Origin: an uncultured delta proteobacterium
GTDB lineage: Bacteria > Myxococcota_A > Polyangia > Polyangiales > Polyangiaceae
Length of the DNA stretch: 64,000 nucleotides
Assembly: GCA_963696385.1 (NCBI GenBank)
Contig: CAVOKF010000005.1
Span: forward strand, 1,465,290 to 1,529,289
Direction of reading: 5' to 3'
Position numbers and translations under genes: made by a program. The notes under the pieces are model-generated. The model searched no databases and had not been told where the DNA came from. It saw nothing but the letters and a program-made list of their open reading frames with translations. This document shows, piece by piece, positions 10,722-21,100 of the stretch (position 1 is its first letter; every line of letters begins with the position of its first letter).

Positions 10722-12029
10722 CTATCGCTTTTCCAGCAAGATCGCGTGCTCCGCCCGGTGGCCGTCGCGGAAGGCCGCAGAGCTGGGGCCGTGAAAATGA
10801 GGACGCGCCTGAGACGCGCGGGCGAGCACTTCGAATCCGGCGTCGGGCGCGATCGCCGCGAGGACCGCATCGGCGCGGATGGCTTGTTGGCCGACGGCGG
10901 AGTCGGCGAGTAAAAGGATCACCCGCCCTGCAGGGCGACAGACGCGACGCATGGCACGGAGCGCCCGCCCCAACTCCAGCGCCCAGGCCTCCCGAGCAGC
11001 CTGGGCGTCGAGCCGCTCGTAGTTTCGCCGCGCCCCGATTTCGCCGCTGCCTAGCTTGCCCGCGTCCAGACCGAGCCAGCGCAATCGGACCGCATGATGC
11101 GAGAGGTAGTCATACGTTCCGACATAGGGAGGCGACGTCACGATCACATCGACGGTACTTGCGGCCACGGTTTGCAAACGGGCCGCGTCGTCCAGGGCGG
11201 TCACCGTCGATGGGGCGTCCACCGGTGTGCGCCGAGCGAACTCGGCGAGGCGCAGCGACAGCTCGTCGGCCTTTCGCGCGAACAAGCGTGACGCAAACCC
11301 CGCCGCGATCCGTCGGACTTGGACAGAGGCCGACGTGTCGGAAGCCCGTCGGCTCACTTTGACGAGGATCGCGCTCAGGACCAACTCGAGCGCGTCGCGC
11401 AACGGCGGATCGCTCGAACACTGCTCGACGATGCCAGCGCGCAGCGAGTCGAGCTCGAGCAGCACGTGGGGATCGAAGAGCTCCACGTCTTCGCGTGGAT
11501 ACCGGCGGGTGGCGCCGGCGCGCCGGATTCTGCGCGCTTCGGCGAATGTGGCGATGGATCGGGCCGCCGAAACCATCGAGGCTAGAACCGAATCGGGGTA
11601 CCGCGTCGTTTTCAAACGAGCCAGGCGAACGGCCAGCGGATTCAAGTCCGTTCCAATAGCGCGTCGCGAATGGAGCGTGGCTTCGATCAAGACCGTGCCG
11701 GATCCACAGAACGGGTCGAGCACCGTTGCGCCCTCTGAGCTCAGCGTGCGCACCAGTCGGGAAGCCGTGGTCGGGTGCATCCGCGCCGGATACGTGTGAA
11801 ATCCGTGCACATGGGCCCGATCGGCATCCTCGGATGACCCCGAGGACGGGGTGACGTCCAATGTTTGCGCAAGCGCTGCGGCCAACTCGGGGTCGCCCCA
11901 GGTGGCAACGGCACCTCCGACGTGCGTGAGCGAGCGGCGCTGCTTCTCGGCGCGCGGGGGCTCGCCGTCACGGTCGTGGCGTCGACTCCCGGGGGCCGAC
12001 GCGCGACGATCGCCGTAGCGAGTCGTCAT
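10722..12029 (-). CDS. Orphan amino-DNA methyltransferase (probable N4-cytosine)
   Basis: HGFHTYPARM, motif I VLDPFCGSGT, DLNPLA, motif IV VTSPPY; no neighbouring endonuclease. Confidence 0.78.
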   Translation of the reverse strand: MTTRYGDRRASAPGSRRHDRDGEPPRAEKQRRSLTHVGGAVATWGDPELAAALAQTLDVTPSSGSSEDADRAHVHGFHTYPARMHPTTASRLVRTLSSEGATVLDPFCGSGTVLIEATLHSRRAIGTDLNPLAVRLARLKTTRYPDSVLASMVSAARSIATFAEARRIRRAGATRRYPREDVELFDPHVLLELDSLRAGIVEQCSSDPPLRDALELVLSAILVKVSRRASDTSASVQVRRIAAGFASRLFARKADELSLRLAEFARRTPVDAPSTVTALDDAARLQTVAASTVDVIVTSPPYVGTYDYLSHHAVRLRWLGLDAGKLGSGEIGARRNYERLDAQAAREAWALELGRALRAMRRVCRPAGRVILLLADSAVGQQAIRADAVLAAIAPDAGFEVLARASQARPHFHGPSSAAFRDGHRAEHAILLEKR

Positions 12030-12709
12030 GGCCGAATGATGGACGTCCCGACGGGCGGAACAAGATTGAATTGTGCTGCCGTGACGGGCTCGTTCACTTT
12101 CGGGTTGATGAAGTCGAACCGATTCCGGTTGCCCTGGCCATCGATCAGCATCACGCGCCGCACCTGCGACGTCGCGGCGTCCACGTAAAACAGAACTTTG
12201 GAGTACGAAGGCGTCGGCTGCTTCGGGGTCCCCACGAGAACATAGCCACCCGGGAACTTCATGGAGCTACCGGCAAGAATCTCGAAGTGGAACGCATCCG
12301 CCAGCTTTCCGGTGCCCGTCAGGAACGACAGCGCAGCCGGATATTGCGAGTTGTCGATCGGCTGCTCGTACATTTGCTTGTTGGCGGCTTCGTAGATCTT
12401 GATGAGCGTGCCGTCGGAGACGACTCGATTGTCTTTCGGGTCGTCGTAGACCCACTCCATTTTTCCCGGCTTGGCGAAAGTGACGTGTCCGCGCGAGGTC
12501 TTCTCTTGGTTGTACGCTTTCACCCAGAACTTCTGCTCGAAGTCGCTCGTGAAGGTGGTCGACTTATCGTAGAACGTCTGCACTTTTGCGACCGACTGCT
12601 CGGCATTGGCATGGGCGGCGGAATCCGCATGGTCCGCGCCGTTGTCGGCGTCAGCCCGCGCGGCGCAGGTGAGAAGTGCGAGGACGATAAACGCGATGGG
12701 GGTGCGCAT
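12026..12709 (-). CDS. lolA: Outer-membrane lipoprotein carrier protein LolA
   Basis: Signal peptide MRTPIAFIVLALL; FEQK..SRGHVTFAKPGKMEWVY..VVSDG; DGQGNRNRFDF. Confidence 0.85.
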   Translation of the reverse strand: MRTPIAFIVLALLTCAARADADNGADHADSAAHANAEQSVAKVQTFYDKSTTFTSDFEQKFWVKAYNQEKTSRGHVTFAKPGKMEWVYDDPKDNRVVSDGTLIKIYEAANKQMYEQPIDNSQYPAALSFLTGTGKLADAFHFEILAGSSMKFPGGYVLVGTPKQPTPSYSKVLFYVDAATSQVRRVMLIDGQGNRNRFDFINPKVNEPVTAAQFNLVPPVGTSIIRP

Positions 12710-13018
12710 GACGGTTGTGCAAATGTAGTGCACAAACAAGCGCACGCTCTGTCCCAATTGCAAGTGTTGCGCACGTTGATCGCGCGGTGCAGTTCGGTTC
12801 CCCGGGCTCTCGCGAACGCCGCCGGACGCTAGGGGTCGGTTTCTCGGAAGTCCCGCAGATCCATCCGCGGGCGCGCTGCAGCACCCGCGCAAACGGACCC
12901 CTAGCCTTGTTTTTCCAGGGCTCCGACCCGTCCCCAAAGCCGGGGGCGGCTGTGGGGGGTGGCCCATCCCGCAAGGACCCTTGCACGGATTCATTCGCGC
13001 GACTTGCGGGTTGGACCG

Positions 13019-13525
13019 CTAGGATCGTCCCCGCTGTCGCACGGCCGGCGCGATGGGGCGCGCACGTTGCAAGTGCGTGAGAGCCAGCGCGAGCGCGTCG
13101 GCGGCATCGGCGGGTGGCGCCCCGCTGAGCCGGAGCACCACGCGCACCATCTGCGCGACCTGACTTTTCTCCGCTCGGCCGCTGCCGACGACGGCCCTTT
13201 TTACGAGCGCCGGTGCGTACTCGTAAACGGGAAGTCCCGCGCGCGCACACACGAGAAGAGCCACTCCGCGTGCATGGCCGAGCTTGGCCGCCGCTTGCGG
13301 GTCCTTTGCAAAGAAGAGCGCCTCGACACTGGCTTCGTGCGGCGCGTGGGCGCCGAGAACGGACATCAACGCGCTCTCGATCGCGACGAGCCTCACGGCG
13401 ATTGCGGCTTTTTCGTCGGTGTGCACGATTCCGTGTGCGATGTGGAAGAGGCGTGTTCCGCGCTGCTCGACGACGCCCCACCCGAAGTGGCGCGTGCCCG
13501 GATCCAGCCCGAGCACGATCGGCAC
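13019..13525 (-). CDS. ruvC: Holliday junction resolvase RuvC
   Basis: VLGLDPG, VEALFF, LGHARG, GRAEKSQV, DAADALALA. Confidence 0.95.
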   Translation of the reverse strand: MPIVLGLDPGTRHFGWGVVEQRGTRLFHIAHGIVHTDEKAAIAVRLVAIESALMSVLGAHAPHEASVEALFFAKDPQAAAKLGHARGVALLVCARAGLPVYEYAPALVKRAVVGSGRAEKSQVAQMVRVVLRLSGAPPADAADALALALTHLQRARPIAPAVRQRGRS

Positions 13526-14277
13526 TACGCGGAACTCTCGAGTGTCGCGAGCTCCTCGTCGGAGATGTCGAAGTCCGCGTACACGTTCTGCACGTCGTCG
13601 TGGTCGTCCAGCACTTCCGCCAAATTGAGGGCGACTTGCGCGTCTCGACCGGTAAGGGGCTTCTTGATCTTCGGAACGAATGCGATGCCGCTCGATTTGG
13701 GCTTGATCCGGCCCTTATCGAGGGCGTCGAGCACATGTGCGAGATTGTCGGACGCCGTCGTTAGGTGCCACTCGTCGCCCGCGTTCTGGTAGTCGTCGGC
13801 GCCCGCGCCGACGGCGACGTCCATGAGCTGGTCTTCGGTAACCTCTTTGCCCACGGTGATGACGCCCTTCCGGTCGAAGGCCCAGCCGGCAGTTCCCGCG
13901 GCGCCGAGCACGCCGTTGTGCTTCTCGAAGATCTTTCGGACCTCGGCCACGGTCCGATTGCGATTGTCGGTCATCGCTTCGACCAAGAAAAGGGTGCCTG
14001 CCGGGCCCGTCCCCTCGTACATGATTTCTTCGTACGCGGCCCCCTCGATCTCGCCCGTTCCACGCTTGATGGCCCGATGAATCGTATCGTTGGGCATGGA
14101 CTGGCCCTTCGCGTCGCCGATGGCCTTGCGAAGCCGCGGATTGCCGCCCGGATCGCCGCCGCCCATGCGAGCGGCAACGGTGAGCTCCTTGATGAGCTTC
14201 GTGAAGAGCTTGCCGCGCTTTGCATCGAGCGCACCCTTCTTATGCTTGATCGTGGCCCACTTCGAATGGCCGCTCAT
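13525..14277 (-). CDS. yebC: YebC/PmpR family protein
   Basis: MSGHSKWATIKHKK, YEG, TDNRNRT, DDHDDVQNVY; conserved yebC-ruvC synteny. Confidence 0.95.
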   Translation of the reverse strand: MSGHSKWATIKHKKGALDAKRGKLFTKLIKELTVAARMGGGDPGGNPRLRKAIGDAKGQSMPNDTIHRAIKRGTGEIEGAAYEEIMYEGTGPAGTLFLVEAMTDNRNRTVAEVRKIFEKHNGVLGAAGTAGWAFDRKGVITVGKEVTEDQLMDVAVGAGADDYQNAGDEWHLTTASDNLAHVLDALDKGRIKPKSSGIAFVPKIKKPLTGRDAQVALNLAEVLDDHDDVQNVYADFDISDEELATLESSA

Positions 14278-14389
14278 GGTGAGTTACCGTTTTGGCTAGC
14301 CATGGCAAAGCCGAGCCCGGGAGAAGGCCGCAAGGGTAGTTAATGGATCGCGCGGCTTCAAGCGCGGCGCAGCATCCGCGATAGCAATT

Positions 14390-17300
14390 TCACGGCAACG
14401 AAATGCTCGTCCCCGCCATGAAGGCATCGTCGGTTCGATGGGCGCTTAGGACGAAGGAATCGTACTCTTCGGTCGGAACGGTGCCCGTGGCGACCCCCAG
14501 GATGAAATCATCCTCGAGGACTGGCCCGTTCACGCTCAGCTTTCGCGAAGCTTCGACGAGCTTAGCTTTGACGTCCAGAGGTCCCGGCATGCGCGCGACG
14601 ATCGCCCCTGGGGGGAGATCGAGGCGCCGGTGGACGTGGTATTGGACCGCGGCGCTTACGGCCAAAGGGCTTTCTCTGCCGGATCGGGTCGCGAACGTCG
14701 CGGCCAGACTCGATACGCGTGCCCGTGGCCAAACCCAATGGAGCGGGTCCAGGCCGGGGAGCAGCCATTGGTGCGCTCGGCTTCCCTTGCTTTCGAGTTG
14801 CTCCGATTGGGCGTAGCCGCTGACGCTGACGCTCGCGCGCAGGCTGACCTGCCAGCTGCCCTCGGTGGATGCGAGCTCGACGTCGTCGACGTTGGCCCAT
14901 GGAAGCCACCCGAGCACCACCTCGCGCAACGCCCGCTGGCGCTCCGCACCGACGATTCGAAATAATGCCTCGGCGAGCTCTTGGGCCTCGCGACCACGCA
15001 GTACGATCGCGAACGTTCCTTTGGCATTGCCCTCCCGATCGAGCACAAGCCGTACGTCCACTTCGTCGCGTTCCTGACCCCAGCCGGTCGACGGAAGGGC
15101 AGCTATAGTTCCGTCGGACCGAAGCGCGAGCCGGCCTCTGAGCTCGGGCGAGATGCGGCCGGCCGGCAACGGGGGACCCGCGACGTCCGCGTCGATCCAG
15201 ACGTCATCTACTCCCGACCCTCTGGGTACGTGGGCCACGACCAGTGGGTGAACGAATCGACCGTAGTGGGGAGGAAACGACGGGTCCGCGCTGTACGGGT
15301 CGTTTTCTGCCACTACCAGATCGCTCGCGATGCCGAACTCCCGGAGGCTTCGCAGTACGAGCCAAGCTCGGCTTCCCGCGTGGGACGCCAGGAACGTGCG
15401 GGCTGTTTGCGTCTGCACCGGGGCGATTCCGCCCCCGTAGTCGCTCAGGACGCCCGGGTCCGCCTCGCGCAACGACTGTCCTGCCGCTGCGACGATGGAG
15501 TCGACGATCGCGCGTGGATCGTCGCCGGCCCCAGCCACGGATCCTCGTGCCCAGGCGACAATCTCTGGATCGTGCTCGTCGAGGCTGGCGACGGTCTCAC
15601 GCAGTGCCCGCGCGATGCCGGCCCACAACGCAGTCGAAAAGCTCACGCTCACGTTGCGGTCCATCTTCGGCACGCCGTCCTCGATGCGCCGTGCGGGGCG
15701 GTCCACAAGTTGCCATGTCAAGATGCGTTGGGCTCCCTCGATTCGCTCGGTCGGTTTTCCCAACAGAACGTGACTCCAAAGCGCCCCGTGCAGATCGCGC
15801 GGTAAGGATAGCTCGATCGTCGCCGAGTGAACCGCAGTGCGCTCCGGCAGCAAGTCCGGAGTGTCGATGCCGATGTCGCCTGTGTCACCGGGGAGGGACC
15901 AGCCTTCGTAGAGGGCCTCGACGATGTCTCCCTGCTCGAGCTGGGACAGGTCGGCGTGAGCTTGGGCGGCCCGGGGCGCGCGGTCCGGTTCAAGAATGCG
16001 TCCATCCTTTTTGAGAATTCGGCGGCGCAAGGCGCGAAGCGCGCTACGCCCCCAGACGTCGGGGGCCGCTGCCTGAGCATTCTCTTCGACGTCCGTCGTG
16101 CCGCGGACCCGGCGCTCGTCGAACAGAATCCAGTGGACCAGACCGCTGCGCAAAACTTCGTAGCGCTCGGTGTGCACGAGAATGGCCGTCCCGGCATTGG
16201 GAAGAATGGGCTGCGCGCGATCTTCGGCAGCAACACGTTCGGAGATGGGGTCGAACTCACGGCTCGGGTCGCTTCCCCAGGCCCGCAGGAGCGGTGCGAT
16301 CGAAGCCGGCGCATCCGAAGCCGTCGTCGCGAGCGCGAGCAGCCGAGCCTGCGCGTCCTGCGATCCCGATCGGTTGGCGTCGCCGGTCAGCAGTGCGAAC
16401 GCGGACATCGTGCGCTCCGCCGGGAGCATCGCGTCGAACACGCGTACGGCGGTGGGGAGGTCTTTGGCGATGAGGGCCTCCTGCAACTCGAATGGCAAAA
16501 AGATGGAGGGCGCGCCCAGAAGCGCGCGAAGCCGCGCCAACTCTCCGGTCACGCGCGCGTGGTCGCCGACTTCGCGCAGTGCATCGAGGCAGTCGGTCGT
16601 ATCGTGCGCGATCGGACGGGCCAGATCGCATGCCGCGGCGACGAGCTCTGCTCCCACACGCGGTGAGGCGGCATCGTCGGCGTCGGACACGAGCGCGGAC
16701 CGAGCGAGCGTCCTCCGTGCTCGCTCAATCGCGGCTCGGGCACGGTCGAACAACCGTTCCCGTCCCGCAATCAGCGCTTCGAATGCGTCGAGGACCGGCG
16801 ACGGCGCGCTCTTCGAACGCGAGCGGGTCTCGTCCAGGTCGCGGAGCGTTTCGATCCCGGCCTCATCGTGGCCGCGGCGCACCCCCGCCAGCACAGCGTG
16901 GCCGATCGTCGCCTCCCAGCTGGTCGGCCATGTCTCCAAAACGCGTTGGTACGCGTTTCGAGCTCGTTCGGCTCGCGTGGCCGGCGAAAGGTCCCGAGCG
17001 CTTTCGACGGCACGCGCATAGAGCAACGCCAGGTCGGGTCGCGAGTCCGCGCGCGTTGCCGTCCTCGAAAGCTGCCGCTCCGCATCCCGCGGATCGCCCT
17101 CCGCGAGTGCCGCGGCGCCCGCCAGCAGCGCCTCGTCGTCGTCTCTCGCCTCCGGGGCAGCGAGGGGTTCGCTGCCGGTCACGCTCCCGCCCGACCTCGA
17201 GCCGACACTGGGGGCATCGATGTGCAGCGGCGAACCGCCCTCATCGAAGGCATCGATTTCGACGGCGTCTTCGCTTTTCGCTGTCCCGACGCGCACGACG

Positions 17301-18154
17301 AACCGGGCAGTCCCGTTCGACACGGCAACGCGAGCGAAGCGCGCCGCCTCGCCGTCGCCGAGTTCGAATGGACGCTCGAGAATCACCCTTCCCGAGGCAC
17401 GAATCTCGGCCGCTCCATGAGAGCGCAACACGACGCCGATCCTTTCGGATCGCGGGATGGCGACGTCCACGACGACCTCGCGGACGCCCGGGTGGGCGCT
17501 CTCGGCGTCGAGTTCGATTGCGCAGCCCCGGCCGCCAACGGCGATAGGGCGGACCTGCGACTCGAACGCGCCGCCGGTGTTGTACGAAGGCTCGATCCGC
17601 GCATCGACGCGATCGAGCGGCGAGGGGTCGTGGACGCCGGTCACCGGCGCCCAAGTGACCGGGCCGATGACGAGTGCCTCACGCGCGCAGCCGCTCTCCC
17701 TGCGGTCCAGGTCGGCCTCGTGCGTGTCACCCCTGCGCTGCGCGAGGGTCATGAGAGCACGCGCGATGAGCCCCTTGGCGAAGGGTCCGCGGGCGACGCT
17801 CTCGGCGTGAGAAAGCGCGTCGGCGATGGCGCGCGACTCTGGAGACCGTCGCTCGAGAGCCGCGTCGGGCGCCGCTCCGCCGAGCAACGGCATCTCTCGT
17901 TCGACCAGGGCGTCGAGGGCGGCCTCGATGGTTGGGACCTGCCATACATCCCCTTCGGCTCGGGCGGCGACGTTCACGATCTCGAGATAGGCCTGCACGG
18001 CCTCTGCGGGCTCGCTCGTCATATCCAAACGAAATGCGTTTGCGAATGCCGAGGGGAGATTCACTCGGCCGCTGGCCGGCGCGCGCGCCACGGGGGCACA
18101 GGCCGCAAGAGAAACCGCCAGAATGTTGACGAACGTGGCAACAAGCGGCCTCAA
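14390..18154 (-). CDS. Large lipoprotein with TPR-like region and degenerate DUF3857/transglutaminase-like domains
   Basis: TTG at 18154 overlaps upstream stop and yields lipoprotein signal MRPLVATFVNILAVSLAAC; LSQLEQGDIVE DUF3857-like motif; GSRAWL in place of catalytic GDC. Confidence 0.7.
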   Translation of the reverse strand: MRPLVATFVNILAVSLAACAPVARAPASGRVNLPSAFANAFRLDMTSEPAEAVQAYLEIVNVAARAEGDVWQVPTIEAALDALVEREMPLLGGAAPDAALERRSPESRAIADALSHAESVARGPFAKGLIARALMTLAQRRGDTHEADLDRRESGCAREALVIGPVTWAPVTGVHDPSPLDRVDARIEPSYNTGGAFESQVRPIAVGGRGCAIELDAESAHPGVREVVVDVAIPRSERIGVVLRSHGAAEIRASGRVILERPFELGDGEAARFARVAVSNGTARFVVRVGTAKSEDAVEIDAFDEGGSPLHIDAPSVGSRSGGSVTGSEPLAAPEARDDDEALLAGAAALAEGDPRDAERQLSRTATRADSRPDLALLYARAVESARDLSPATRAERARNAYQRVLETWPTSWEATIGHAVLAGVRRGHDEAGIETLRDLDETRSRSKSAPSPVLDAFEALIAGRERLFDRARAAIERARRTLARSALVSDADDAASPRVGAELVAAACDLARPIAHDTTDCLDALREVGDHARVTGELARLRALLGAPSIFLPFELQEALIAKDLPTAVRVFDAMLPAERTMSAFALLTGDANRSGSQDAQARLLALATTASDAPASIAPLLRAWGSDPSREFDPISERVAAEDRAQPILPNAGTAILVHTERYEVLRSGLVHWILFDERRVRGTTDVEENAQAAAPDVWGRSALRALRRRILKKDGRILEPDRAPRAAQAHADLSQLEQGDIVEALYEGWSLPGDTGDIGIDTPDLLPERTAVHSATIELSLPRDLHGALWSHVLLGKPTERIEGAQRILTWQLVDRPARRIEDGVPKMDRNVSVSFSTALWAGIARALRETVASLDEHDPEIVAWARGSVAGAGDDPRAIVDSIVAAAGQSLREADPGVLSDYGGGIAPVQTQTARTFLASHAGSRAWLVLRSLREFGIASDLVVAENDPYSADPSFPPHYGRFVHPLVVAHVPRGSGVDDVWIDADVAGPPLPAGRISPELRGRLALRSDGTIAALPSTGWGQERDEVDVRLVLDREGNAKGTFAIVLRGREAQELAEALFRIVGAERQRALREVVLGWLPWANVDDVELASTEGSWQVSLRASVSVSGYAQSEQLESKGSRAHQWLLPGLDPLHWVWPRARVSSLAATFATRSGRESPLAVSAAVQYHVHRRLDLPPGAIVARMPGPLDVKAKLVEASRKLSVNGPVLEDDFILGVATGTVPTEEYDSFVLSAHRTDDAFMAGTSISLP

Positions 18155-21100
18155 CGGGCACCGCCCGTGGCTGCGACCAGCCGTACGCTGCGGTGCATCA
18201 GCGCGTCGACGCGTTGAATCCATTGCCGCCAGGATGGGTATTGCTCCACGGCGATCGCGCTTTGATCGAACACGACGGTTCGGTGGATCAAAATGGCGTT
18301 CGGTTGACGCGGATCGCGTGTCACGTCGAGGTGGGCGCGGCCGAACGGCCCGCCGTTTTCGTCGCCTCCTGCGGGAAGCGCGGCGAACGTCCAGTTCTTG
18401 GGAGCAACCACGCGAATCGTCCGCGCTTCGCTTCGGGGGGCGACGGAAGGCGGAAGCCAGACAGGCAGCGTGCGCTTGACCAGCGGCGCGAGCTGCGACG
18501 CGATGGTTTGCGACGGTGAGAGGGCAACCACGAGTTCATTGCCTTCGTGACGAGCCAAACCACTCGACGTCGCGCGCCATTGCACGACCGCCTTGCCGTG
18601 CGGCAATTCACCGTGGAAGTCGACCTTCTTGTCGATCTCGACTGTCGGAAACCAGGGGCCCACGAGATGCTCTTCGACCCATGGCGCCCGGGCGCCTTGT
18701 TCGGTGAGGTAGGTGCGGAGCCAAAACGCATCGTCGCCACTCGCGCGCTCTTCACCGTCGAGGTCTGCGCTTCCGTCCGGCCTCAACGCAATGGTCCACG
18801 TCGAGTCGACCCCGTGGTCGCTCGGTGAGCTCGAAGGAAGAAGCACGACCTCGGCGGGTCCGTCCATGCGCAGCGCCGAGGCGCGCGCGTCCATCGAGGG
18901 CAGCGGCCCCAGGCGCGACTGAGGACTCGTGGCGTCGAGAAACATCCCGCCCTCGGGCCCTGGCAAGTAGGCGATTCCATGATCGAAGAGGGGGACGGCG
19001 GCCCCGCCCGCGCGCAACAGGGACGGCTCCGCGGTAAGCCTCGTTTGGACGAGGACCTCTTGCGCGACAATTCCGACGGCTCTTAAAAGCGTGATGAGCA
19101 ACAGAGCCTTGTCGTCGCAGTCACCCTCGCGCCGCGCGAGCAGCTGTTGTGGACGGTTGGGCAGCCACCATTCACCACTCACGTAGTTTACGTATCGAAT
19201 ATCGTCGGCGACGAAGTCGAACAGGGCACGCAGTTTTTCGTCGCGACTCGACTTGCCTCGAGTGAGCTTCGCTGCGAGCTCTCGAACCTGGGCGTCGGGA
19301 TCGGTAAAACCACGCACCGCCTCGCCGTACCAATCGCGGAACGCGCGCCAGTCCTTGAACGTGGAGAGGACCGCAGTCGGGATGATCTCGCTCAGCGGTG
19401 GGGCGAGCGGCTCATCCGGCACGTTGACGGGTCGGTCCCACACCAGCCGAACGACGTGATGGCTTCCTTCGTCCGTGTCCTCGCGGTGATCCGGACTGCC
19501 GTTGACCACGTCGACGTAAATCGGGCGATCGGCAGGTGATTCGACGATCACTTCATTATGAAGAACGGGGTGGGTAGATTGGCTACCCGCATAGTCGAGG
19601 CGATAAAATGGCGGGTCGCCGCGTCCGCCAACGGGGCCCGCCGTCCAGGACCGGAAAGCGACTTCGACGACATCGCCCGGCCCCAGATCCGGCCATCGAA
19701 TCCGGGGCTTCGCATTGTCGCTGGCCTCCTCGATGGGAAACGCGATCTCGCCGTTCCTGCGGTAGACCCGCGCACGTACGATCTCGGTCAGATCGCCTTC
19801 GGCCGGTACGTCCTCGTAGAGTTCGTCCTCGGTGCGTGGTGAAATTTCGATTTCCCGCGCGTATTGGACGAGCTCCGAAACACGTCGGTCGGCATGCATC
19901 ACGACCGCCCGCATCCAGTGCAACTCGCGATCGGCGACATCGGGCGGCGCGGCTTCCCTGCCGCGTGGCAGTGCATGGTCGCTCCCGACCCTCGGAGCGG
20001 TCGCCGCTGCGGTTGCGAAAGGTTCGTGCCCGGTGGCCACTCCGATCGCGCCGACCAGCTCCCCGCTCTGTCCTCCCCGCCGGCGCGCGAGGAATGCTTG
20101 CGGTGAGACGAGGTATTTCTCGTCGTCGTGAGGCTTGCCGCTCGGCGGCGTGCGCGTGCGCAGGGAGAGTTCCGCTCTGTAGCGAACCTCGCCCGGGTCG
20201 AGTTCGCGCGCGCGTCGCAACGCGGCGGAGATCGCTTCGTCGCGCGTGCCATCGCCTTGAGCCGCGCCAATCTCCTGCGCCAGCCCTGCCCAGACGCCGG
20301 CGTGATTCGGCGCCCAGCGAGCGAGCTTTCCGTAGAGTGCGCGCGCCTCCTCGTGCGCGCCCGCATGGGCCACGGTTTGGGCGACCGACAGCGCTTCGTC
20401 CGCGTTGTCGACGCCACCGGCGAACGCCCGGCGCGCTGCACCGACGAGCGCGTCGCGTCCGCGCGATTGAAGCGACAGGACGCGGGCCGCGCCATTCTCG
20501 CCCCGCTCGGCGAGGCGCTCGCGCGTCTCGGAGGCGAGCGCGGGATCATAGGCGATCGCAAGGTCGGCGAGGCTGTCGAGCAGCGCATCTGGTGCATCCG
20601 TCGCCGCCCGCGCGAATTCTGCCAACCTGCGTTCCGCGCGCACGCGGAGCGCATCGGTGCCCAACGCGCTGTCCACCCGCGACGCAAGGAGCGCCGCTTC
20701 GGCGTCGTGCGCCGAGTCGATCTTGGCGGCGAGAAGAGTCGCCATCGCCCAATCGGGCAGGCCGGCTTCCAGGTGCCTCTCGACCAGGCGGCGTTCGACG
20801 AAGGCGCGGGTTCGGGCATCGGCCGACGGGCTCGAACGAACGCGATTCAGCCAAGCGCTGCGGTTCGCGCCGCTGGGGGTGATCCAGGCCGCCATGGCCA
20901 AGGCGTCGGCGTCGACGTCCCCGTCTGTGAACGCCGCGAGCAGGCCGGGGGCGCGCGGGCTTCGCAAATCGTCGGCGCCACCCAGGGTCCTTAACAAGGC
21001 CGCTCCGATCGAAGCGTCCCGTCCGGCCCCGGGCTGCTTGAGCGCTCGCCCGAGTGGCGTGGCGACAAGGTCGAACGCGGGCGCGGGACCGCGCCCGGGC

